Shown here: positions 6,942 to 15,797 of the stretch, one piece after another | Layout of the letters: each line of letters begins with the position of its first letter | How positions within the stretch are numbered: position 1 is the stretch's first letter | Virus record (IMG/VR): IMGVR_UViG_3300044852_000013 | Coordinates: 1-26,344 of that record | Length of the DNA stretch: 26,344 nt | Direction: 5' to 3' (one strand) | DNA from: a virus | Lineage: Duplodnaviria > Caudoviricetes | Translations under genes and position numbers: made by a program | The notes under the pieces: model-generated | Told to the model about the DNA's origin: nothing | Seen by the model: the letters and a program-made list of their open reading frames with translations, nothing else | Databases searched by the model: none

Positions 6942-9604
6942 TAGTGAGTCACCTCGAAATAACCCTCAATCACAGTAACCGAACTCAGGAAGAGGTCGTT
7001 TACCTGTTTGAAGAAAATGAGTTGTTTATCCGATACGGTCAGCTTACCGAAGTTAGCGAACGGCGTGATCGCAAAGTAACGGCGATCATAGTTCAGAACA
7101 ATTGGATCGTACCGCAACCACCAGACGTAGGGTTGAACTGCATCCCTGACATCTTGATCGCTGTAGTAGGTTTCCCCATCCGCTTTGGGTGGCAAAGCAA
7201 TCAGACCGTTCAACACACCGTTTACCACGACGTTCATGAAAGGACTGTACAGCCGGTACTTGTCTTGCAGGTTCGGGATAACCGCCACACCAGAACCATC
7301 CGGGCGTTGAGGGTCTCCGTTCTCCCAGTGAATCTCATCCGCGTTGGTTTGCGGTTTAGGCAACCACAGGGTGAGGTAGTCACTGACCCGTTGGTCAACA
7401 TCACGGCTGCGCTGACGATAAGGGAGTTCGTTGTAGTCCTCCACAAACCGAATCGGGCACCAGACGTGTTTGACCATGTACGGCTTACCGTTCAGGGGGT
7501 TACCTACGTCATCCGGAACTTCTCGCTCTGCCCGCGGTACTTCATCGGTCAGGTAAAGGGCTCCATTAATAACCGTACGAGTGACTCGATCCCCGCGCAG
7601 ATTATAGCGATCGACGCGGCCAATAACCCCGCCATCCACAAATCCGAGTTCGGTGTCAGAGTTCGGCAGCACCACAGTTTTGCCGAGCCCCATCGCGCGT
7701 ACAACGATGTCTTGAGGGCCATCTACAAGGAACTCCTTGTTGTTGATGTAGCAGTACTGGTCGTCGTAGATCCAGTCAACCTTGTCAATCAACGGGTGTC
7801 CATTTACCCAAATACAGATCTGTGCCCACGTCAGCCCAGTCAGATGTCCGCCGTCAGGATAGATGTCCGTGATAGCAAATGCCAAACTGTGGTCGATGTG
7901 TTCCAACTGGAATTGATAGCCCAGGATCTTTTTATTGCTGATCAGAATACCGCGCTTGTTGACACGGTCCAACCCAGTCCACACCAACACCCCATCCTGA
8001 ATCCGGTACATGGTAGGGTCGTCAGTTACGTTGGTCCATGGACCTACGATATCTGCGATGTTGATGTTCCAGCTAACGGTATAGACCTGGTAATCCCAGT
8101 CCTTGCTCAACGGTGTGTCTTGGTTGGTGATAACCATATCCAGCTCACGACCCGCTTCACCCATGGTAAACTCCACCATGGCACATGCAGGGTTGTTGGG
8201 CGAGTAGTACCGAATGCCCGTCATGTTGCGCCATTCCAGCAACTGTCCGTTGGCATCATGTTCCCAGGCAGTACAAGCCTCCTGGTAGGTCACAGGGACC
8301 TCAACACCACGACTACCCAGCAGATAGGTCGCTCTAACCGGCGTCTCGCTCAGAACGCGTGTGGCGGCGTTGTAGCCTACCGACATGATCGCATCATCGC
8401 GCTTGACGTTCTTCCACTGCTTACGCAGCAACGTTAACACTGGACCTTGTTCCAATTCCTTGGCAGTCCACTCCGGCATGTTGGCTCGTGCATCGACCAT
8501 GGCACGCATGATATCGACATCAGGCATCCGGTACAGGTAACGGATACGCTGGTGCTCATGAGGCCACTGGAACTCCCAAGCCGTTTTGCGAATCAGCACC
8601 AGGATCTTGCAGTCCATTGGATCGGACAGATCAGGGTGGTACTCGGTGGCTGCTTGGATCATGTCATCCGCAATCGCCACATCCACATGAGTCAGCTGAC
8701 GAACCGCCATCTCGTTGTTACGGTGGAAGTACAACCCACGAGCCTTATTCCCGAGGAGGAAGTAATCGTTGTCATCGAAGTAGCGAATGGTGAAGTCACC
8801 CTTGACCTTTGCAGGATGGATGATGACCTTGTTCTTCTGGTCGAGTTCGGAGTAGAACGCCTGCAAGGTGTTGTATGCATACAGCTCAGTGCGCAACACA
8901 GTAGGGTCGTGCCAGAACTCGATCACGTCACCCGGTGCAATGGGATTGATCCCAGCAGGAGCGCCATTGATCGCCACACCGTTATGAAACAACCCGGTAT
9001 AACCAGGACGTGCCTTCACAGCAGAATAGCGACTGAGGAACTGCCCGTACTCGCCTGGGTTCTCGTACACACAGGTTTCAAAGATGAACGGGTTACCGAC
9101 CTCGTTGAAAACCAGAGGACTCTTGTCTACCAACACCGAAGGGGTGTAGCAGCGGAAGTGCATGTCGTCACCATCCAGAATCAACGTCTTGGTCAACTTC
9201 TGAATAGCGATCAATACAAGACCGTCGTACGTCACCATGATCCAGCAGTGACTGCGACTCTGCATGTAACCCTTGGTTGAGTACACATCGGTCAGGAAAC
9301 CACGAGCCTTACACAACAACCCCAGGTTAACCCAACGATCCAGCGGATTACGCCGCAGGGTGTTGTTCTTGAAGTTCCAGAACCCAGGATGCAGCCCACC
9401 CGCAGAGAACACGTGGAAGAAGGTATTCTTCTTCGGCAATGTCCGCCACTTGTTCATGTAGCTGAAGTTGGAGCTGTAACCGTACTCTTCGGTAATGCGA
9501 TTAAGCTTTACCTGGTATTGCTGGTTTTCTTCCGGATTGGACCAGAGTCGATCGTCCGTGTATTTGACCAGCGGTGTATTATCTTCCGGTCCACGAATAC
9601 CCAT
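6941..9604 (-). CDS. Virion structural protein (phiKZ gp27-like, probable baseplate)
   Basis: 887 aa. Synteny and size, plus N-terminal 'LWSNPEENQQY', 'YFDDNDY' and 'LYFHRN...VRQLTH.D' motifs recalled for this family. Confidence 0.78.
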   Translation of the reverse strand: MGIRGPEDNTPLVKYTDDRLWSNPEENQQYQVKLNRITEEYGYSSNFSYMNKWRTLPKKNTFFHVFSAGGLHPGFWNFKNNTLRRNPLDRWVNLGLLCKARGFLTDVYSTKGYMQSRSHCWIMVTYDGLVLIAIQKLTKTLILDGDDMHFRCYTPSVLVDKSPLVFNEVGNPFIFETCVYENPGEYGQFLSRYSAVKARPGYTGLFHNGVAINGAPAGINPIAPGDVIEFWHDPTVLRTELYAYNTLQAFYSELDQKNKVIIHPAKVKGDFTIRYFDDNDYFLLGNKARGLYFHRNNEMAVRQLTHVDVAIADDMIQAATEYHPDLSDPMDCKILVLIRKTAWEFQWPHEHQRIRYLYRMPDVDIMRAMVDARANMPEWTAKELEQGPVLTLLRKQWKNVKRDDAIMSVGYNAATRVLSETPVRATYLLGSRGVEVPVTYQEACTAWEHDANGQLLEWRNMTGIRYYSPNNPACAMVEFTMGEAGRELDMVITNQDTPLSKDWDYQVYTVSWNINIADIVGPWTNVTDDPTMYRIQDGVLVWTGLDRVNKRGILISNKKILGYQFQLEHIDHSLAFAITDIYPDGGHLTGLTWAQICIWVNGHPLIDKVDWIYDDQYCYINNKEFLVDGPQDIVVRAMGLGKTVVLPNSDTELGFVDGGVIGRVDRYNLRGDRVTRTVINGALYLTDEVPRAEREVPDDVGNPLNGKPYMVKHVWCPIRFVEDYNELPYRQRSRDVDQRVSDYLTLWLPKPQTNADEIHWENGDPQRPDGSGVAVIPNLQDKYRLYSPFMNVVVNGVLNGLIALPPKADGETYYSDQDVRDAVQPYVWWLRYDPIVLNYDRRYFAITPFANFGKLTVSDKQLIFFKQVNDLFLSSVTVIEGYFEVTH

Positions 9605-9609
9605 GATGA

Positions 9610-10488
9610 TTACCCGTTGAGGTCGTAGGTGTAGTCGATGTGTTTGGTAAACGACTCCAATACACCCTTGTTGTATTTAGGATCCAACGCCATCCCCAAC
9701 GGGGTCTTGGCATACAGTTTGTAACGCGCTGCACCATACGTCAGTGCAGTGAACAATGCTGGCGCTTCAGCAGCAGCAATGATGACCTTGCTACCGAGTG
9801 CCATGAAGGTGATACCACCCAACAGTGCCATGAAGTCCTTGAACTCCACACCCTTGAGTTGATACAGCACGGGGTTGCCACGGATGGCTTCGTAGAGGTC
9901 TTGCAGGGTAGACAGCTTCGGCAGACCTTCGACGATACCCAGGATGTAACCCTTCTCGGTGCCGTAGATCGAACGGATAACGTTCAGCGCCAGCAGCTCG
10001 AGATCAGCAGTCACATCTTCCTGAGTGCAGATCACGAAGTAGGCCAACAGAACCTTGAGGGTCATGCCAGCGTTAACATCCAGACCTGCACGACGGCTCA
10101 AACGACTACCGAAGGATTCAGCGAATGCCTTGGTTGCCATCAATCGGCAGCTCTTCAACGGAACCACATCACCTTCGGCTACGTCGTGTTGCAGGAACGC
10201 AGCCAGACGCATGATGGTGATTTCGTTCTGGTTAACAATGGCGTTGCTTTTGTTGCGGAATGGACGTTCGTCATAGACGGTAATCATCTGACGATTGAAC
10301 CCTTCCATGGTGATTGGAAAGGCGAAAACAGGAATAGGGAGATCGGTTTCATGAGTAATTACAAACACCCCAGGCTTCTTCGTCGGGGTGAGATTGCGCG
10401 TCACATGAAGGGTCTTGATAGTGCTCTCAACCTTGTCAGTGGCCTTGAAGGGTTTCCCGACCGTGGTGTCATAGGCGTTGATCAGCAT
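9610..10488 (-). CDS. Virion structural protein (phiKZ gp28-like)
   Basis: 292 aa, starting ML.NAYDTT. GAGG RBS. Divergent from the tail sheath gene as in phiKZ-like phages. Confidence 0.72.
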   Translation of the reverse strand: MLINAYDTTVGKPFKATDKVESTIKTLHVTRNLTPTKKPGVFVITHETDLPIPVFAFPITMEGFNRQMITVYDERPFRNKSNAIVNQNEITIMRLAAFLQHDVAEGDVVPLKSCRLMATKAFAESFGSRLSRRAGLDVNAGMTLKVLLAYFVICTQEDVTADLELLALNVIRSIYGTEKGYILGIVEGLPKLSTLQDLYEAIRGNPVLYQLKGVEFKDFMALLGGITFMALGSKVIIAAAEAPALFTALTYGAARYKLYAKTPLGMALDPKYNKGVLESFTKHIDYTYDLNG

Positions 10489-10606
10489 GAGGTAACCTCT
10501 AAAAATAACATGTTATGTGCCAGTGGTATAACACACTGTACGGCCCAGAAATGGCTAGCATACGATTGTTTTAGGACCCACAAACAGGACATCTACGAGG
10601 TTCTCC

Positions 10607-12781
10607 ATGACTGTTCTTAACAGCATCATTCCGGGGAAAGTGAATAATCGTGGTATCAACGACAAGTCGATCCCCGATTACACCATCTCCGAGCCGACGT
10701 ATCCGCTGCACCTTCCAGTGATTTCCATGGTGACCCCCGTGGGTGATCTGGCTGACGACAAAGGTACTCAGTGGATCGCCACCTCCGACTTTCAAAAGAA
10801 ATTCGGTAACGTTTTCGACCACACCACACCGTTCTACAACCCGAACGCCGCGCTGATCTCTCAGCTCGCTTTGGGTCAGCAGGCGACCATCGGTGTTCGT
10901 CGTTTGTCTGCCAACAAAGAAGTTGCCCGTGTGGCAATCTCTGCCTTCGTTCAGCTGGTGACTCTGCCAGACTACGAACGTGACATGGCTGGTAAGTTCA
11001 AGCGTGACGCCGACGGCAAGAAGATTCCATCCGGCACGTCGTTCACCACTGCACTGAGCATCGAGATCAAACCTGATCCTGAAGCGAAGAAAGGTACCGC
11101 AGTTGGTGCACTTCAGCGTCGTACCATCGTCGGCGCTCCAGCCAACGGTGAAATCCCGGCTGTGCCTGACACCATCGTCTACCCGCTGTACGAAGCGGTA
11201 GCTGGTGTGGGCGACGTCTACAACAAAGGTGGCCTGGTCACCGGCGTTTCCGACAACGCTATCAACTGGCGTCAGATCGCTGAATTCGTGACGGCCACGG
11301 GTGTATTCCCGTTCGACCTGAAGATGTTCACCGAGAGCGATGCGGGTCAGCGTTCTTACGCCAAGACTCCGAAGCGTCTGGAAACCGTTACCTACACCTT
11401 GTTCAAGACTGAACTGAACAAGACCAAGTTCGGCATCAAAGACGCCTTCGGCCAGTTCACTGGTACGAACGTTAACCGCAAGGTTACTCCGGTACAACAG
11501 CCGTTCAACTCGGTGCATATCTACGAAGAGTCGATCACTGCACTGTGCCAGGCGATGTATGCGGTTGAAGAACCACACAACACCAGCCTGGTTGATACCA
11601 CCCAGTTCCCGTACCAGCAGATGAACCCGTTCACCTGCGTGAACCACACTGGCGCCCCGTACTACGCTCTGGTTAACACCGGTGCTGTGACCTGGGACAT
11701 GACTGGTTCGGTTAAAGCGACTGGTGGTGTGTCTCCGTTCCTGGACGCCGATGGCAACCTGCCTTCGTACGTGGTTGTTCCAGAAATCGACGACCCGTTC
11801 AACGTCTTGGCCAACGCCAAGTACCCGATCACCAATGAACAAGCCTGGCAAGTGAACAACAAGCTGATGGCCTTGGACATGACCGAGTACCTCGCGGGCA
11901 CCGAAACCAAGAACTACACCAAGAACCGTCAATCCTTCTACTGGGACGTTGGTTTCTCCCAGGAAGTGAAAGACCTCGCGGTGCAGTTGCTGGCTAGCCG
12001 TAAAGACATCATCGTGATTCCTGATGCGACGGTGTTCGCGCCTGGCAAGACCAACGTCCTGGCCGACGTGTACTCGCGATTCACTTCGCTGTCTGCACAA
12101 GCCAAGCTGTTCCCGGAATCCCAGTACTGGGGTACCCCGAGCTGCCGTTCGTCGATCAACCTCATCGAAGCTTACGTTATCGACGAGAAGAGCGGCGAAG
12201 CAATGTCGGGTAACCTCGACCTGGCTTACGCGTTTGCACTGTTCGCTGGTAACAGCGCTGGTGTGATCCGTGCAGCGTTCTCGCCTGACAGCAAGGACAA
12301 CCGCAACCTGCGTACCATGCACTCGCCTAACATCGAGTTCGAGGAAGACTTCGTTGCCGGTGACAACTTCACCAACGGCGGTATCACCCTGCGTCCGCGC
12401 AACGTTGAAACCCTGTTCCGTCCGTCCCTGGTTACCCTGTACCCTAACGCGGATTCCGTGCTGAAGGACCTGGTCACCAACTTCCTCTGCGTGTGCATCG
12501 AGAAGATTGCACAAGACGAGTGGAACAACGTCTGCGGTGACACCTCGCTGTCGGCTTCCGACTACGTGGCTAACTTCAAAGACGGCGCGGAACGTAAGTG
12601 CCGCGATCGCCTCGGTGGCCTGTGCAAGTCCATCACGTTCGTACCAAGCTACGACGAAACCCAGCCGGGTGGTCGTGCTGTGATGAACACCATCGCCCAT
12701 GCTTACTTCAACAAGGGTAAGTACATGATGAACCTGGACCTCTTCGCCTACAACGAAGAAGATCTGGCCACCAACTCGTAA
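10607..12781 (+). CDS. Major tail sheath protein (phiKZ gp29-like)
   Basis: 724 aa with a GAGG RBS. N-terminal GINDKS...PLHLP, C-terminal FYWDVGF...RKD and PES..WGTP.CR motifs. Strong C-ending codon bias indicates high expression. Confidence 0.9.
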   Translation: MTVLNSIIPGKVNNRGINDKSIPDYTISEPTYPLHLPVISMVTPVGDLADDKGTQWIATSDFQKKFGNVFDHTTPFYNPNAALISQLALGQQATIGVRRLSANKEVARVAISAFVQLVTLPDYERDMAGKFKRDADGKKIPSGTSFTTALSIEIKPDPEAKKGTAVGALQRRTIVGAPANGEIPAVPDTIVYPLYEAVAGVGDVYNKGGLVTGVSDNAINWRQIAEFVTATGVFPFDLKMFTESDAGQRSYAKTPKRLETVTYTLFKTELNKTKFGIKDAFGQFTGTNVNRKVTPVQQPFNSVHIYEESITALCQAMYAVEEPHNTSLVDTTQFPYQQMNPFTCVNHTGAPYYALVNTGAVTWDMTGSVKATGGVSPFLDADGNLPSYVVVPEIDDPFNVLANAKYPITNEQAWQVNNKLMALDMTEYLAGTETKNYTKNRQSFYWDVGFSQEVKDLAVQLLASRKDIIVIPDATVFAPGKTNVLADVYSRFTSLSAQAKLFPESQYWGTPSCRSSINLIEAYVIDEKSGEAMSGNLDLAYAFALFAGNSAGVIRAAFSPDSKDNRNLRTMHSPNIEFEEDFVAGDNFTNGGITLRPRNVETLFRPSLVTLYPNADSVLKDLVTNFLCVCIEKIAQDEWNNVCGDTSLSASDYVANFKDGAERKCRDRLGGLCKSITFVPSYDETQPGGRAVMNTIAHAYFNKGKYMMNLDLFAYNEEDLATNS

Positions 12782-12794
12782 GGAGTAAGTAGTT

Positions 12795-13703
12795 ATGGCT
12801 GCTGATACTAACTACCCACACCGTACAGACACCACGTTGATGCCAACGAGTGACCCGTTTGTCGAGGCCCTTGACCTCGGCAACCGTCCAGTCATCGACG
12901 GCGACGCCGGTGGCATGTACGGTTGGGCAGGCAACATCTTCGAGTACATGTCGGCTCAGCCTCATGTGTCTCAACAAGGCTGGTGTATCGTTCTGAGCAC
13001 CCCGGCTTTCTTCTCCCGTCTCCCAGGCGGTAACAAACTCCATTCCCTGTGCAAGGCGTTCTTCGAGAACCGTTCGCAGGAATGGAGCGGCATCCGTGAC
13101 TCCACAGAAATCAACTTCGGTTCGATGGAGTGGACAGGTCACAAAATGTCCGTCGCCACCGGTGCTACTCGTAGCCTGGGTAGCGTGACTCACAAGGCCT
13201 ACGACGTGGAAGGTGAAGTCTTCACTCACATGTTGAAGACCTGGTCGCGCTGGGGTGTCATGGACCCTGAAATCCTGAACGCCAAAATGGTGATTCTGGA
13301 TGATCCGGGAGATATGCTGCTCGACGACACCTCGTACTCGGCGATCTACTTCGAGCCAACCCGCAACATGAAGGACGTAGCTCACGCCGCGATCCTGGTA
13401 GCGGGTCAACCGACCACGACCGTTCCGATCGAGATCAAGCGCAACAAAGCCGACGAAAACCAGATCCGTTCTATCGAGATGGAATTCACCGGCGTGATCG
13501 AAATGGACACCCTCGCGGTGAAACAGATCGCTCGCAAAATGCTGCAACTGCTCCCACTGTTCAACCCTGACGCGGTAACTGCGCCATCGGGCTTCCAGGA
13601 ACGTACTTCGATTCTGGAAAACCTGAGCAACGCCGGTACCATCGAACGCATGACGCAAGCGAAAGCGACCGTAGCGGCCGAGGCAGGCGACTACCTGGGT
13701 TAA
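12795..13703 (+). CDS. Tail tube protein (phiKZ gp30-like)
   Basis: 302 aa directly after the sheath gene with an AAGGAG RBS. Motifs GGMYGW, W....VMDP, YFEP and EFTG. Confidence 0.85.
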   Translation: MAADTNYPHRTDTTLMPTSDPFVEALDLGNRPVIDGDAGGMYGWAGNIFEYMSAQPHVSQQGWCIVLSTPAFFSRLPGGNKLHSLCKAFFENRSQEWSGIRDSTEINFGSMEWTGHKMSVATGATRSLGSVTHKAYDVEGEVFTHMLKTWSRWGVMDPEILNAKMVILDDPGDMLLDDTSYSAIYFEPTRNMKDVAHAAILVAGQPTTTVPIEIKRNKADENQIRSIEMEFTGVIEMDTLAVKQIARKMLQLLPLFNPDAVTAPSGFQERTSILENLSNAGTIERMTQAKATVAAEAGDYLG

Positions 13704-13710
13704 GCATGAA

Positions 13711-13750
13711 TATAAGCCCCTCTACCCTTTGCGGGGTAGAGGGGCTTATA
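13711..13750 (+). terminator. Perfect 17-bp hairpin ending the sheath/tube operon
   Basis: TATAAGCCCCTCTACCC-tttgcg-GGGTAGAGGGGCTTATA. Confidence 0.85.
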
Positions 13751-13869
13751 GCCGCTATACAGCGTTTATAGCAGGAAGACCACCCTCAGGTAGGGAATGC
13801 AGTTAAATGACGGCCTTGGTACCACACAGCTCGATGTAGAGCTATATACACCTGTACTCACCTTAAGAC

Positions 13870-13916
13870 AAAAAAATAAAGGAAGATAGGGTGGGGGAGG
13901 AAACCCTCCCTCCACC
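13870..13916 (-). terminator. Terminator after the secreted-protein gene
   Basis: Minus strand GGTGGAGGGAGG-gttt-CCTCCCCCACC, with TTTATTTTTTT about 9 nt downstream. Confidence 0.7.
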
Positions 13917-14393
13917 TTAATCCACTTCAGTCATATTGGCGAAGTTCTCATATGAATCAAATGCAGTGGCTATAGTCCCTACTGCGCATTTGTCTGAGAT
14001 CAGTACTGTCACCCCGGTCTGTAATTTGTAATACGCCGAGATAACACCTCCCTTATCCATGTAGCCCACTGTAGTGAACTGTTGACCATCAGCCGAGTAG
14101 ATCTCTCGAGAGTCGGTTGCTTCCGCCGCTGAATGGTGATAAGAGGTTCCCATGTCATTGCCTAACTTGACAACCGTTTGCTCAGGTTGTATCAGGTCTT
14201 TACCATAGAGGATCGTAAAGGTATCCGTTGAGACGTCACGCAGCACAAGCAACTTTTTGCCTGCTTCTGTGTCACAACTCAGCAAAACCTTTTCTTGTTT
14301 ATCCTTAGGTATCCCGTCCATCACTCCTGCTGTGGCGACGTTGAACCCCGCTGAAGCAAAGAGTACCAGTAACAGCACAATAAGCGATCGCAT
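13917..14393 (-). CDS. 158-aa exported (Sec signal peptide) hypothetical protein
   Basis: MRS + LIVLLLVLFASA hydrophobic core + ATA|G cleavage site. Two Cys could form a disulfide. GGGAG RBS. Confidence 0.8.
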   Translation of the reverse strand: MRSLIVLLLVLFASAGFNVATAGVMDGIPKDKQEKVLLSCDTEAGKKLLVLRDVSTDTFTILYGKDLIQPEQTVVKLGNDMGTSYHHSAAEATDSREIYSADGQQFTTVGYMDKGGVISAYYKLQTGVTVLISDKCAVGTIATAFDSYENFANMTEVD

Positions 14394-14433
14394 AACTAAC
14401 TCCCTAGGTAAAGTAGGATATTCCTAATCCCAC

Positions 14434-14469
14434 AAAAAATAAAAGACAGAGGAGTTACCCTCTGCCTTT
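14434..14469 (-). terminator. Intrinsic terminator
   Basis: Minus strand AAAGGCAGAGG-gtaact-CCTCTGTCTTT followed by TATTTTTT. Confidence 0.8.
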
Positions 14470-14479
14470 CTCGGCTTGC

Positions 14480-14842
14480 TTACAGATATACAACACGCTC
14501 AAGAACGCCCATGGACCACTGGTTATGTTCTTGATCACGGTTGAACGCTTCGACTGCTGCTTGCAGGCTAGCGTGTTTACCGGTTTCGATCAGGCCGCCC
14601 ACCGAGTCACGGGAGACGCGTGCTTGACCATCTTCCAGGTACATTTGGTTCAGGCAGAAACCGACCTTGCTGCTGCACAGAGGTACAACGATACCTTTCT
14701 GTACACCAGGCTTGCGGAAGATACCAAGACCAGCAATGGTCATGGTACGGGTACCGCAGTTGTGGTCGTCACCTACCACACCGTTAGCTGCTTGAACTAC
14801 TGCAACGATTTCGTCGAACTGGCCAGCGTTGAAATGAGACAT
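14480..14842 (-). CDS. 120-aa hypothetical early protein
   Basis: GGAG RBS (14850-14853) before ATG 14842 (MSHFNAG...), a better start than the GTG at 14884. Preceded by an early promoter and followed by a terminator. Confidence 0.8.
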   Translation of the reverse strand: MSHFNAGQFDEIVAVVQAANGVVGDDHNCGTRTMTIAGLGIFRKPGVQKGIVVPLCSSKVGFCLNQMYLEDGQARVSRDSVGGLIETGKHASLQAAVEAFNRDQEHNQWSMGVLERVVYL

Positions 14843-14888
14843 GGTATTACTCCGAGTGTGAAAGACATTGATTGTCTTAATCACACAA

Positions 14889-14905
14889 GTAATATAGACT
14901 TGAAA
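14889..14905 (-). promoter_or_regulatory. phiKZ-type early (virion RNAP) promoter
   Basis: Minus strand TTTCAA-gtc-TATATTAC, an exact match to the established phiKZ early consensus TATATTAC. It sits right after a terminator and upstream of a gene. Confidence 0.8.
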
Positions 14906-14922
14906 ACAAATGTATCTTAAAT

Positions 14923-14960
14923 ATAAGCCCTCCTAGCCCGTATAGGCTAGGAGGGCTTAT
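14923..14960 (-). terminator. Perfect 16-bp hairpin ending the tmk operon
   Basis: ATAAGCCCTCCTAGCC-cgtata-GGCTAGGAGGGCTTAT. Confidence 0.8.
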
Positions 14961-14968
14961 GGCGTGGG

Positions 14969-15580
14969 TTAAACAACTTTCTTACGGTGGTCGTTACCGA
15001 TGACCAGCTCGTTCACTTCCTTAATCGGTATGATGCCTGTGCGTGGGTACAACATGACATGCGGAACGTTGGCCGCATACTTGACGTACCCCCAATCAAA
15101 ATCTGGTCGCGACCTGGCCTCCAAATAACCATACCGAGTGACATCATGCGGAAGCGTCTTTAGAAACGTTTTGAAAGCGGCTTTAGTAAACCCGATCTCA
15201 CCGTACTTCTTCTGCATCTTGAACAGTTCGGCTTTCCACAACGCAAATATCTTTGGATCGTGGCTTTCCCAGTTGTGCTCTTTAGAGAACTCATCCAGCA
15301 ATGCCGTTTTACGCGCACTTTCAACCACACGGAAATTGAACTCGTCCTCCAGGTCATCCACCTCAATCACGTGCTCGTAGAGCTTGTGACCCTTGTACCA
15401 GAACGGATGACCTTTATAAAAGATCTCCGGCATCAACTTAGAGGGGATGGGGTTGAAGAAGAACGAGATGTGATCTAAGTAGTCGTCGGAAACCTTTACA
15501 TCAGCTGGCGGTGGGAGACCCGATACACGCCGGCTTTGCAACTGGTCGTAATGCACGTTAGAGTAATGGTAGAGCTTCAT
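14969..15580 (-). CDS. 203-aa hypothetical protein, possible ADP-ribosyltransferase-like fold
   Basis: Clear ORF with an AGGTG RBS. LYHYS first strand, DHISFFF.P second motif and VPHVMLY..G.IP last motif. The fold call is tentative. Confidence 0.7.
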   Translation of the reverse strand: MKLYHYSNVHYDQLQSRRVSGLPPPADVKVSDDYLDHISFFFNPIPSKLMPEIFYKGHPFWYKGHKLYEHVIEVDDLEDEFNFRVVESARKTALLDEFSKEHNWESHDPKIFALWKAELFKMQKKYGEIGFTKAAFKTFLKTLPHDVTRYGYLEARSRPDFDWGYVKYAANVPHVMLYPRTGIIPIKEVNELVIGNDHRKKVV

Positions 15581-15588
15581 ACTCGCAC

Positions 15589-15783
15589 CTACTTCTTCGG
15601 CAAGTTCAGTTCCATGCCGTAACCGAATTGCTTAGGCGGTTCTGCACGCTTTACGAAGTTTGGATCTTCCTTCAGCCCGTTAGGACTCCAAGGCTGGCGC
15701 TCTGGGGGAACAGTCGAGTAGACCTTGCCCAGAGCATCCAGGTGTAGCCGTTGGCGCATTTCATCATCGGGTGTCATAACCAT
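15589..15783 (-). CDS. 64-aa hypothetical protein
   Basis: GAGG RBS. Tightly packed between tmk and the 203-aa gene. Confidence 0.7.
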   Translation of the reverse strand: MVMTPDDEMRQRLHLDALGKVYSTVPPERQPWSPNGLKEDPNFVKRAEPPKQFGYGMELNLPKK

Positions 15784-15797
15784 AACCTCTTAATGGA

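Noticed and set aside
5193-9280. Long + strand ORFs (583, 500 and 277 aa) antisense to the gp26/gp27-like genes
   Set aside because: They are codon-aligned shadows of strongly biased genes, which rarely use TTA/CTA/TCA and so leave few antisense stops. They have no recognisable motifs and unnatural composition.
10571-13658. 709-aa and 316-aa minus-strand ORFs antisense to sheath and tube
   Set aside because: Same antisense-shadow artefact of highly optimised codon usage.
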